A DNA stretch of 64,000 nucleotides from Rhina ancylostomus. Its lineage: Eukaryota. Positions 1 through 11,683 of the stretch are shown piece after piece. The notes below the pieces were generated by a model, which ran no database searches, had not been told where the DNA came from, and saw only the letters and a program-made list of their open reading frames with translations. Positions within the stretch are counted from its first letter, which is position 1; each line of letters begins with the position of its first letter. Location of the stretch: the NCBI GenBank assembly GCA_030265395.1, contig JARFYF010000029.1, positions 19,907,941 through 19,971,940 on the forward strand. Reading direction: 5' to 3'. The translations under genes and the position numbers were made by a program.

Positions 1-969
1 CTGTTAGCCATTGTAGAGAATTGAAGGTACCCCTCCCTCTCCCTCGTTATATGTCTTTGTGGCTTATTTATAACTAGAGTTTTCAGTTGCACTTTGGAAA
101 GTCTCTTGCATTCATTGTATTTAAAAAAAAAGGCCCCGGGTGTCACTACCAGAGACCTGAGAGATTCCAGCAAGGGTCGATCACAGCTGAATGTTGCAAT
201 AGCCCATCAGTGTAGGGTTTCTACTGTTATGGTTAGTGCAATGATGTAATAATGTGTGTGGGATATTACAAAAATAAAGAAGCAATTCATGATATGCCTT
301 GGCAGTTGAGCCGATGTAATAAAATGTGTAAGTAAATGGAAACTATGAGGCCTGCCCAGATGTCCTGAAAAATTTAGGCATGGAAATACTGTATATGCTG
401 ACTGATTTCTGACCACTGAAGCAAGATAATGTGCATCACTGAGTTGATTTAATTGAACAATTGCATCAGTCACATTTTGATGCTGGGCTGTAATTGTTTA
501 AACTTTCAGTGTTCAAAATATTTAATTTTATCTGCAATTGCAGCCATCCAAACTTCTCTGTGTGCCTCTCAAAAAAAATCCTTTCCTCCAGATAGGGTCA
601 GAAGGTGAAGGCACTGGTAGGTGAGCTTGTGCACTGGCCATATGGGAACTGCCAAAGATGCCGTGTTCAAGTTCTTCCTTTTTGTGTGGGCACCTGTCTC
701 TGATAATGAACTCACAACCTTTTTAACTACATGTTGGATTACTGTGAGTTGGACTTTTCACACCGTAAACAATTACACGATTGCCTGATCTCAGTATTTC
801 TTGACCACTCTTCTGTAGCTCCTTTTATTAAATTTGGTTTTCATGTCAGAACAGCAAAATTATAGACCCAGTGTTGTATATAATATGTGCTTCTGTTACT
901 GTAATAATTGGTTAGTGTTTGTGGACATGCTAGGAGCTTGTTTACAATGTAGAGTGTTCACAATACATT

Positions 970-2460
970 AAGTTGTACACCACAGAGATGGACCTTTGGC
1001 CTACTATTGTCCATTCTGACCTTTTTGTTCATCTACACAAATCCCATGCTAGGGTTGTATCCTTCTATCCTTGCCTATTTAAGTATCTGTCTAAATACCT
1101 CTTTAAACATCATAACTGTATTTGATACCACCACCTACACTGGCAGTACATTCTAGATATCAGCGACTCTTTGTGTAAAACCAAATTTTCGCCTTTGGAT
1201 CACCTATGAAACTGCTTCCCTCAACTTAAACCTGTGCTTTGTTTTTGATACCCCTGCTGTTGGGGGGGGGGGTGGGGGGAAGCAGGTTCATAGGTGATCC
1301 AAAGGATTGACTATCTACCTTATCAATGCCTCTCACAATCTTCCATACAGTACTTTTCCCAAATCATCCCCAACTTACTTTGCTTCAGTGAAAACAAACC
1401 CTACCCAGTTTCTCCCCAAAACTAAAGTTCTCCAATCCAGTGAACGTCCTAGTGAGTATCCTTTGCACTCTCTCCAACACAATCACATCCTTCTTATAGT
1501 ATGGTAACCAGAACTGCACACAATATTCCAAGTGTGGTCTAACCAGCGTTTCATAAAGTTGCAACATAGCATTCCAAATCTTATATTCTATGCCCCAACC
1601 TATGAAGGCAAGTGTACAGTGTGCTTTCTTCACCACCCTATCTACCTGTGTTGCCATTTTCAGGGAACTATGACCTTGAACCCCAATGTCAACATTCCTC
1701 AGGATCTCACCATTTACTGTATATGTAATATCCTTCTTTGATTTCCCAAAATGCATCACCTTTCACTTGTTGGGATCAAATTCCATCTCCAATGCTCCGC
1801 CCAACTTTCCAATCAGAAAAAATTTCCACCACTACCCTCTGCTTCCTATCACTAAGCCAATTTTGGATCCCATGCATCTAAATCAGTCTACCATTTGGGA
1901 CCTTGTCAAATGCCTTACCAAAGTTCTTATAGACAACATCCACCATCCTGCCTTCATCGGTCTCTATCTCAAAAAAAAACTTCTCAATTTGGTGAGGTAG
2001 CTTTCTCCCCTTCACAAGGCCAGGCTGACTATCCCTAATTTGTCCCTGGCTTTCCAAGTATATAAGTTCATGGGCCTGTAGTTACCTGGCTTATCCCTGC
2101 TTCCTTGTAAAATAAAGGAACAATATTATCTACCCTCCAGTTTTCTGGTACCTTGCCTAGCCCTAGTGAAGATGCAAAAATCTCCGTCAGGGCTCCATCA
2201 ATCTCCCTTTCTCTCCCACTGCATTCAAGGACAGATCTCACCTGACCCAGGGGATTTATCCACCCTTATGCGTTCCAAAACGTCAAACACCTCCACCTTC
2301 ATAATACCTAGGTGTTCCAGCCAATCAACATATCCCTCCCTGAACTCACTATCCCCCACGTCCTTCCCTTGGTTAATACAGAAAAGAACTATCTATTTAG
2401 GACCTTACCCACATCCCCAGCTCCACACACAGATTTATCCTTCAGTCCTAGAGGGTGGTT
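970..2460 (-). mobile_element. Decayed CR1-clade LINE, 3' part (RT C-terminus and tail)
   Basis: ORF 1385-1759 reads LYETLVRPHLEYCVQFW..YKKDVIVLERVQR, a typical CR1 ORF2 C-terminus. Confidence 0.85.
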
Positions 2461-4371
2461 ATGGTGGAACCTGACCTAAATAGCCAAATGTAAAAGTAAT
2501 TTTAAAACATTTTAGGAGGAATTAATTTGTAAATTAGTGAAACAAAGTGGTGTATTTGTACAACATCTTACAATTTATAGATAATGACTTACCTCTGAAT
2601 AATGCCTTCACATACTTGGTGCCAACCTGTAAATCCAACATTCTGCATACAGCTGGCTACCATAAATAACAATGTGATTATGCCTTGATAAGTTGTTCAA
2701 GTAAGCTTGGTTAAGTTATAAATATTCCCAGGAAAATTNNNNNNNNNNNNNNNNNNNNNNNNNNNNNNNNNNNNNNNNNNNNNNNNNNNNNNNNNNNNNN
2801 NNNNNNNNNNNNNNNNNNNNNNNNNNNNNNNNNNNNNNNNNNNNNNNNNNNNNNNNNNNNNNNNNNNNNNNNNNNNNNNNNNNNNNNNNNNNNNNNNNNN
2901 NNNNNNNNNNNNNNNNNNNNNNNNNNNNNNNNNNNNNNNNNNNNNNNNNNNNNNNNNNNNNNNNNNNNNNNNNNNNNNNNNNNNNNNNNNNNNNNNNNNN
3001 NNNNNNNNNNNNNNNNNNNNNNNNNNNNNNNNNNNNNNNNNNNNNNNNNNNNNNNNNNNNNNNNNNNNNNNNNNNNNNNNNNNNNNNNNNNNNNNNNNGC
3101 ACTGTTACACTGTGGATGCCCCTGTCAACTTAGGAATCCAAAGCAAAGATAGCAGAAGTCAGAGCTTCCAGTGCAATGTGTTTGTTGGGTGACTTCTGCC
3201 TGTGCTGCAATAGAGGTTCTGCCAGAACTTATAGCACCATGGGCTGAAATAGCTCAAAACATTTTGCAAAATGACACTTTCTGCTGGTTAAGCTAAAAAT
3301 GAAGCAATGGCAGTTTGGGACAAGCTACATGGTGATTCTGTTGAATATGAGAAAAAACACTAAAAGGAAAAAAGTGGGGAAGATAATTTGTCCCAGCCCT
3401 GAAAAAAGATGTGGCACATTTAAATGTGCAATCTTGATTAACAGTTTGGCACCAAGTACATGAAGGCATTATTCATAGGCAAGTCATCCCAAGAAGGCAA
3501 GTGGCAGTTTTCATAACTGGGATTGGGTGATTGGAGGAGTCTACAGATTTTTATTTTTAAAGATGTCATTTTAATATACAGCAAATAAATTGTACAATGA
3601 AGGGACAAGAATAATGATTGATTCTGCTTATACTATCAAACTTTGGATCATTTTTATCAGTTTAATGAGAATTTGCCAGGCATCCATTGTTAAAGAACAT
3701 CATCAGATCCATTATCAGGGAAGTCTTTCAGCCCACTATGCCTGTGTTGACTCTTTGGAAACACTTGTTAAATTGATTTCCCCCAAAACGCATCTTATTT
3801 GCTGTGACCCCACAAGTTAGACCTCTCAGTGTAGGTCCAATTATATTTTGAAAGTTAATTCTAAGATCAGTTTGATTCTACCACATTTTTAGTTGGTGTG
3901 TTAAACAACTTTCTGCACGATGAAGTTATATTCATCTCTCCTCCAGTTCATTTTGGAAGTGTTTTAAATGCAAAGATTCTGCTCACTGTTCCACTCTCTG
4001 GAGGAACTGGTTTCTTCTCAGTTGCTTACTGGTAACCCCTGCCTCATCCCCTAATACTGAATATCACAATTGGGTTTTCTTTCAACCTCATGAACCTTCC
4101 CTTGAATCCTTCTAACCCACCACCTACAACTCCAGCCCCCATTCCACCCAATCCCACATATCATCCTGTAAAACCCTTTACTTTCTTTCAGCCATTGGTA
4201 TCTGGTGGCCAGGATTGCACATCCTATTTCACCTAAGACCTAACCACAAATTCAGAAAGCTTCAGTGTGACATTCATCTTGTTCTACTGAATGCACTGTT
4301 TACAATAACCAGTATCCTATTTACTCAACTGGGCCTGTATTTCCAAAGATTTGTTTATTTTACCCTCTCAG

Positions 4372-4455
4372 ATTCCTCTGATGTTGGAAAGTTATAAACT
4401 AATGTACATTGAGAAACAAGAACTCCGTGAGAAACCATATCTGTGGCAAACTAAG
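4372..4455 (+). CDS. B4GALNT3: B4GALNT3 stem exon IPLMLESYKLMYIEKQELREKPYLWQTK (84 nt, phase 0-0)
   Basis: Polypyrimidine tract and ctctcag acceptor, AAG|gttaag donor. Ends KPYLWQTK, like the KPxxWxxE segment preceding GQANLH in homologues. Poorly conserved, so less certain than the other exons. Confidence 0.65.
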
Positions 4456-4499
4456 GTTAAGAATAATAGTAAATTTATATTGTTGCCAAGAAGAATGGA

Positions 4500-4915
4500 A
4501 GGTTTGAGGATTGAAATAGTCTCGGGAAACCAGAACAAATCATCAAAAATTTGATAAAGGCAACAGTAAGAATATGGAAATAAATTGGCAAGAAATATAA
4601 ATAAAATGAAGAGCTTCTATAGCTTTGTAAGAAGAATAGCAAAGATAAATTGGATCCATGGAGATGGTGACAACAGAAATTGTAATGTGGAATGAAGAAA
4701 TTCCTGGCACACGAAACGACTTTTGTATCTGTTTTCACTGCAGAAGATGCAGTAAATGTAGCAGAAATGGAGGGGAACCCAGGGTCTAATGATATTAGGT
4801 AATTCAGGCCAGTAAAGAGGAAATATCAAAGAAAACAAGGAAACCAAAACCAGAAAAATCTTCTTGACCTGACAGATTACTAACCAGAATTTGAAAAGCT
4901 GCCAAAGCATTAGTG
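4500..4915 (+). mobile_element. Decayed internal CR1 ORF2 fragment
   Basis: Broken frames give KSFYSFVR..., EIVMWNEE..., FVSVFTAED, typical of the CR1 pre-RT region. Confidence 0.6.
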
Positions 4916-4919
4916 ATGA

Positions 4920-6400
4920 TCTTCACACGGCCAATTCACATCTTTGGAGTCACTGCCATTTCCCTGGGGCAGGTTATTGACTATTTCCACGATCTGCAGG
5001 AGGTTAGATTGCTGGAGCACTGTTACACTGTGGATGCCCCTGTCAACTTAGGAATCCAAAGCAAAGATAGCAGAAGTCAGAGCTTCCAGTGCAGTGTGTC
5101 TGTTGGGTGACTTCTGCCTGTGCTGCAATAGAGGTTCTGCCAATAGAGTTCCACTATAGTTTCTTCTGTGTGTGTTAACATGAAACTGGCCACTGCTTGA
5201 ATGCTGGAATGGATGTGCTTCAGACCAAAAGTGAAAGGTTAGAGTTGGACTTCCCCTTTCTCACAAATATTTATGGAGACTTTTGGGTAAAGTGAATCAT
5301 ACCTCAAGCATCTTGCTGTGCACAGTGATCAACTTTGTTCTGTGCTTGCTTCGAGAAGTGTAAGAATTTGACCTGGTAGCTACAACTGTCAGATACAGTG
5401 ACTTTCTCCTTTAACAATTGAGATTAGCTCTTCTGCCAGGGCATGGCAGGTAGTAGTTGTGTATCTAATGCATATGGTTCCTTGTTGCCAGGGGAGGTGG
5501 GAATAGGGGGTGGGGTGGGAAGTCGAAGCAATTATGTTGCAAGGAATACATTTAAACCATCTGCCTGTTATGACAGAAAAGCCTTAGAAATGATGGGAGG
5601 AGGAGATAATTTATCCTGGGTGATCTCTGATCAAATCGATGGCCACAGGGTTCTGTGGCAGCCGAGCTCTTGAGTGCTGAAACCCATTGCTCCAGAGGGA
5701 GGAGTCCTCACTCTGGTAGGGTATGCTACTCAGGCTGTGGTTGAGTGCAGTGTCCTGCAGCAGGAGAGGAGGAAGAGTGTCAGTGAGCCTGTTGCAATGC
5801 ACATCAAAGTCAAAGTCGAGTTTACTGTCATATACACAAGTCCATGTATGCACAGGTGCAATAAGAAACTTGCAGCAGCATCACAGGCACATAGCATCAG
5901 ATACACAACATTCACAAGGAAAACATAAATTAACAACATAAATTATACGGGGGGGGAATGAAAGGAATGTAAGTAGCTAGGAGGTGATAGGTGGAAGAGG
6001 CAAAGGGCTAGAGAAGAAGGAATCTGATAGGAGAGTGTGTATGACATTTGGGGTGTATGTATGATTGCATTGGTGCAGGTGTTAGTGCTGTTTTTTTGAC
6101 ATTAACCAGTTTTGAAGTCACTAAACTTATTCCAATACTGGGACAGACCTTCAAGGCATCCCCTCTCTGACCATCACCTCAGACACCCAATTCATTTTAG
6201 ACATGAGTAANNNNCTGCCCCTACCTTGCAAGCCCTCTATTGCGTACCCCCGTTGAGTAGGATCTCAAGATTGATATCAGTGAAATGGGGTGCCTGCTCC
6301 CTTTCCTGTGTTGCCTTTGGTCACAGCGCTTCAAAAGCCACAAAATATCCTCCAGCCACTGGTTGAACACAGTGTTTGTTTCCCTTTAAGAGGTGCAGAC
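4920..6400 (-). mobile_element. PIF/Harbinger fossil: fragments of the Myb/SANT-like accessory gene
   Basis: Minus strand 6250-6312 reads ERE QAPHFTDINLEILLNG (Myb/SANT-like N-terminus, RAPRFSDxxLExLL type). 4940-5142 reads SIAAQAEV..ALEALTSAI..QQSNLLQI, similar to 24240-24400. Confidence 0.55.
5806..5945 (-). mobile_element. LINE/SINE 3' tail inserted in the Harbinger fossil
   Basis: caaagtcaaagtcgagtttactgtcatatacacaag: short-repeat tail typical of L2/Rex-type 3' ends read in reverse. Confidence 0.5.
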
Positions 6401-6669
6401 ATGATGTGAATTAATACAGGTTTTTTTTGTTAGTATGTCGAATTCCTGCAATGCGTCTTAATACCTACAGTAATGGGGAAAGTGTAGCAGCTAGTGCCTC
6501 CAAAGTGTAGAAGTCTGAACACAGTGTTCAAAATAATAACATTGGGACAGCTTGGCAAAGGTTTCTTCCACAATACCATTTGACCACATACAAATACATG
6601 GGAAGGTCAGTTTAACACTACAGAATTACACTGAAGTGCCAGCCTAGATTAGAAGTATAGAGAAAAGAA

Positions 6670-6830
6670 TACCAAAAATATAACTGACCACTTCTGATGA
6701 AAGATCAGAGGCCTGAAATGTTAACTCTGTTTCTATCTTCATAGAAGCTGTCTGACTTTCTGAGTATTTCTAACATTTTTTAAAATTTTTATTTCAGATT
6801 TCCAGAATCTCTTGTATTTTGCTTTCAATA
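6670..6830. mobile_element. Short palindromic non-autonomous element related to Penelope-like element termini
   Basis: ttctgatgaaagatc...cctgaaatgttaactctgtttct...gctgtctgactttctgagtatttc; same family as 18150-18230, 29710-29880 and 58635-58848. Confidence 0.6.
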
Positions 6831-7005
6831 GAAAGATTTTTGAATAGTAAAGTTAGCCTAGTATTTCATTCCAATGGGACTGCTTGGCTTGCTGCATGTT
6901 TTAATCATCACTCATGTCAATTCTTTTATGATTAAATGTTTTTAGAATTATAAATAGGGACACTGCTGTGAACTAATGAAAATATTTAATGTTTCCCTTG
7001 TACAG

Positions 7006-7101
7006 TTAGTGGGTCAAGCAAATTTGCACATATTTGAAGATTGGTGTGGTGGCTCTGTTGATCAGCTCAGGAAAAATATTCACTTCCCCCTCTTCCCACA
7101 T
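7006..7101 (+). CDS. B4GALNT3: B4GALNT3 exon [32 protein letters not shown] (96 nt)
   Basis: tacag acceptor, cat|gtgagt donor; conserved start of the PA14 region. Confidence 0.95.
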
Positions 7102-9030
7102 GTGAGTATTAATTATATTTATGCTGGTAAGAAGTTGGGACCAGTCATTTGGAATCTTCATAATCTTTACAAGTTATTATTACCTGCTGCAGTTTGTATC
7201 ATTGTATCTCCAATGAGGCTTTGAAAGTGATGGAACTAGCATTAACTGCCCATTTACTGTATCTTAGGTTAGGCAGAGCAGAGGTCTGTGTTCTTATAGT
7301 AGTGGTAGTTATGTTATATTTTGAAGAGTTAATAGGTAACTTAAAGTTTTCAACCCTGCATGAGGACTGGATTCCTTTTCTACCATAGATTCCATTCCTC
7401 TCCTCCCACAGATGGCTGCCTGACTTATTGAGCTCCTTCAGCAGATTGTTTGTTTGTTATTCCACATTTTGGCATCTGCTGTCTCTTATGTCTCCAGCTC
7501 GATTAAACCTGAGTGTTTTAATGCAGATCACAAGATGCACTCTAGCACAAAAGCTGTGAATTCCACCACCTGGAAGGATAAAGGCAACAGGTGAATGGAA
7601 GTAACACCAGCTCAAAGTTCCCTTCCCAGTTTTACGTGTAAAACCCTAACTAATATTGCTGTGGCAGCACCTGTGTACAGGTTGCAGCTGGGCAAGAAGG
7701 CTGCCCACCACCTGTTTCACCTGTAGCGATATGACCTTTCTGAAAGAAAGTAAGTCAAGCATGAGAAAAATTCTTTCACTCCAAGTTTGGCCCACAAGCA
7801 CTCTAAACGCTTGTGTTGATTCCAACTATTCCCTAAGCATTTCTAAGGTGTACAGCATAAACATTTTCCCTCAATTGTATGAAGTGGTGTATGTGTGTTG
7901 TAGTTTGCTTCAAAAACTTAGCATGCATGACCAATTTTTTTTTGCATTTTCTCTAACTTAATTTGCCTGGTGTATACCCCAGGCATTAATTAGCTTTTAC
8001 ATGAGGCAGTTTTCCCTGATTTTGTTTACATAGTAGCTTGTACTTTGGTAGGAACTTTTAATTTGTTGAAAGAATGAAATTACATTCTTGTGAGAAAAGC
8101 ATGAACTTTCTAAGTTGGTACAAATGCATTCTTTCTTGAAAATAAAATGCCCCATTCATCGTGAAAATGGAATAATATCCAAAAAACCCTGAATGTATTT
8201 AAACAAAAATTGCATCTCGTTTTAATTTTTAGTATCCTGTAACCTTGGGTTATTTTCCTTCCGTTCACTTCCATTGCTATTTTCACTTGATATATTTGTG
8301 GTCACTTTCATAAATATTTTGTAAAAACAAGAGCAAATGGAATTTGTGAGCATTTAATAGTTTATAGCTTTATCTGCACTTGTTTGTTATCATGTAAGAT
8401 TTAGTTTGAGAAAATTGCATAAGCAAACTCTTTGGTTAACTCTGCCTGCTCCTGGGAAGAATGTTAAGTTGCCTAAACTGAGAGAATAGTACATGTGTGA
8501 AATTAGGAGGCACTTTAATACAAATCCTGAACCTACCTCCTCAAAATTCAAATCAATGGAAGCATTCATGATTAATAGATTTTTATTTTTTGAGGATACA
8601 TTAAGGGATATACTGTGGGGGTTAGGGAGATGCAGATCAAATATGAATTGATTAAGTGTCAAAAGACCAATTTGTGTATCCAAGAGGAATCAAGACAGGT
8701 ACGGGGCAAGAGCACAAGTGCTGAGTTGGGAAAGATGCATGGCATTCGATTGTTGTTTAGGGGGAGGGGGGATGGTGAATAGATTGAAAATNNNNNNNNN
8801 NAAAGTGTGTTTTCTTCACCTAGATTATTTACTTGCATTATTATAAGATAGACAAAATGAAGAGAAGACATCAGAATTAATTTAATTATAAAATTGAATT
8901 GGCCTTTATCTAATTATGAAAGTGCTCATGCACTGGAGATATAAAAAATGTTAATGCTAGTAATCCTGACTAACACAGACCACTTTATTTGATTGATCTT
9001 CCTGTTTTGTGAATATCATTTCATTTCCAG

Positions 9031-9121
9031 ACACGGACTGTGGTCAAGAAGTTGGCAGTGGCACCAAGGTGGACCAACTATGGGCTCAGGATATTTGGCT
9101 ATATTCATCCCTATGCGGAAA
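9031..9121 (+). CDS. B4GALNT3: B4GALNT3 exon [30 protein letters not shown] (91 nt), PA14 domain
   Basis: ttccag acceptor, a|gtaagt donor. Confidence 0.95.
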
Positions 9122-11582
9122 GTAAGTTGGTTTCTCCGTTGGTTCTTGTCTCTGCCACCACAGACAGAATCCTATTTCCTGAAGTCAGCATTGCTTTTCA
9201 AGTGAGCAGTGCACAACCCCTGTTTACTTGTTTAAAAACCATTTATTTTCTGTATTTTTTAAGAAAGGGTACAGACCAAACTGTTTTGGTATTCTGCTAA
9301 CCTTTTGAGTTGCTTAAGCAACATATTAGTAATGTAGCAAGAATATGCTGCTGTAAGATTATCTGGTTGCAATGCTTTTAGTTTCCATTTTGGGTATTGC
9401 AGTGCAAAGTTTTGCTTCTTATGAAAATGAATTATTAAAAAAAATAATCTTCTGAACTCTGGAAATTTGGGGAGACTGCTATTTAATATGTCATGTTATC
9501 ACTGAACTTTGTATTTCCAGTACTACATGCTTGGATTGTGAAGAAGTTAGCAGTCAAACCGCCCTCTCCCCTTGGATTGATCCAGATCTGTTAAGTGTAC
9601 AGTGAAGGGCCAATGTGCTGTTTTAATTTCATGGGTAAAGGATTATAGAGAATAAATAAAAGATTATAATAAAAATATTATATTAAATATAATTTTTACA
9701 GATGAAAGATGACTTTGTAACCTTTGAGTGTTAGAATTATGTGAATTATGTCCTTTAACTAAAAGTTGTTTAATTTGTTCCTCATTTTGAGCCTTAATAG
9801 GTCTTCAAATGGACTTTATTCTTATTATGTTAAGTTAAAGAATTGCAAACAATAATAATGAAATCTTGATTTTCCATGAAAGCACTGTTGGCTGATTAAA
9901 GGTTTGCTGTATCTCTAATATATTTTGCTTGGACCCCTTTAATGAAATTTGTGCAGTTATTTGACTTATTGTCATCTACATAACAAGTTTTTTCTACAGT
10001 TGTTACTAGCAAACAAAGACTATTTTGTTTATATCAGAACAGCCATTGCACTTCAAAAGAAAAGTAATTCATTGTGTGATGGGTGGTCATATATTAGCAA
10101 ATGACTTTTTGCCAATTTCGTGAAGTAAAGAAGTAGTTCAAAAGGAAACAATCTGTTGCTTATATGGTAAGGAAACAGTTAAATAAATAACCTTGGGGGG
10201 AACAGAATGAGCAATACTATAAATTAGGAGACTTGGAATTCTTTCCAAGTGTGAAAAATCCATTCTCCCTGATTAGAGCTGGGTCAGAAGTAGAAATATC
10301 TTAAGCAGTCTTGGTCCACTTGTTGGTGATTGAATCTACTGTATAAACAGTAAGAGCAGTTTACCATATAAAGAAAGATTCACATTTATGGAGCAGCTTT
10401 CAAGTGATTTTTAGGACACCTCAAAGCATTTTGCTTCCAGCGAAGATCTTTTGAAGTGTAGATATATGTTGTCCTTTCTGCTGAGATGGTTTCTTGTGAG
10501 GTTCACGTGTTTTGGAGGGCAAACCTGCCCTTCCTAACTTGTATTGAAACTATTCTCATGCTGGAATGTTGTTGATATTGGGTTAAAATATCAAAGCTTG
10601 TTCATGAGACAGGAAGAAGAAAATCTGTTCTTCTTAAAAAAATATTATATAGATTCATGCATTGATATTTTGAGGAGATCCCTACTATTATTGACATTGA
10701 AGTAAACCAATGGATTACTTTTGATGTGGAGTAATTATTATTACAAAAGCAACCATCAGTTAATTTGTGCCAGGAGATTCACACAAACAGTAAATGACAT
10801 AATGTTTAGTTAGTCTGCTGTTGTTTTAAAGTATTGCCCAGAAGGTGTTACTTCTGACAGTCCTTTGATCTTTTAAATTCTGAAAGCATGAATTAAAAGC
10901 AAAGTTACACCCAGCTGGGCCAAGCTAGTGTTCCTGTAATATTGTTCCTGTAATAAACCAAAATAAAATATACAAGTCAATTTTTGCAAAACACAATCAA
11001 ATATACCAATAGTCCTCCAATGTGGTGTGGTACATAGTAGGAGGATGTAAGGTTGTGGATATTATTTACTACTTCCAGCCTCACCTCTATGGCCAAGGAT
11101 GAGGGGTAGGTACCTCTTTGCAGGAAGTGAAAAGGAACAATGGAAGATGCCATGGATATCTTTTTGTGTGTACTTATAATCAGTAGACAAGTGGAATTGT
11201 TAAAGCCCAAGGAATAAATCTGACGTGAGTCATGAGTGCATGCACTTTCTGCTGTGATTTTTAGGCCGAAAGACCATCTTGGTCTCAAGTTCATTATGTT
11301 TGGTGCTCCATTCTCAACCAAGACAATAGCAGGGATGAAGGTATTCCTAATCATAAGCAAATGACTTGTGCTTTGGGTGGGTTTAAGATAAGGATAGGAT
11401 TGGATCCATTGTGATAATTTCCTCTGTTTTCAGAGTCAAACAATCTAACATGCACTTGTTATTTATGTTCTTAATTCACATGTAAAACAAAAGGAAATGC
11501 TTTGTCGGAGGGTTACTCCTCCCCATGAGTTCTTATCTAGCATAAATGTGAAGTTAATTATTCTTAATGTTCCATGTTTCAG

Positions 11583-11683
11583 GTGCATTTCAATTTGCTG
11601 TGGCTTCCGATGATAATTCTGAGTTTTGGTTAAGTGCAGATGACAACCCTTCAAATGTCACACTATTGGCGAGAGTTGGAAAG
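11583..11683 (+). CDS. B4GALNT3: B4GALNT3 exon [34 protein letters not shown] (101 nt), PA14 domain
   Basis: tttcag acceptor, aag|gtataa donor; contains the PA14 DD motif (SDDNSEFWL). Confidence 0.95.

Larger units (their letters stand above)
3099..5142 (+). repeat. 126-bp direct repeat pair (3099-3224 and 5017-5142), 2 mismatches
   Basis: gcactgttacactgtggatgcccctgtc...gaggttctgcca occurs twice; the first copy abuts the N-gap 2739-3098. Confidence 0.95.

Noticed and set aside
1-4371. Search for the start/transmembrane exon and the next exon of B4GALNT3
   Set aside because: No hydrophobic signal-anchor exon or recognisable homology found; probably upstream of the window, though the 360-nt gap cannot be inspected
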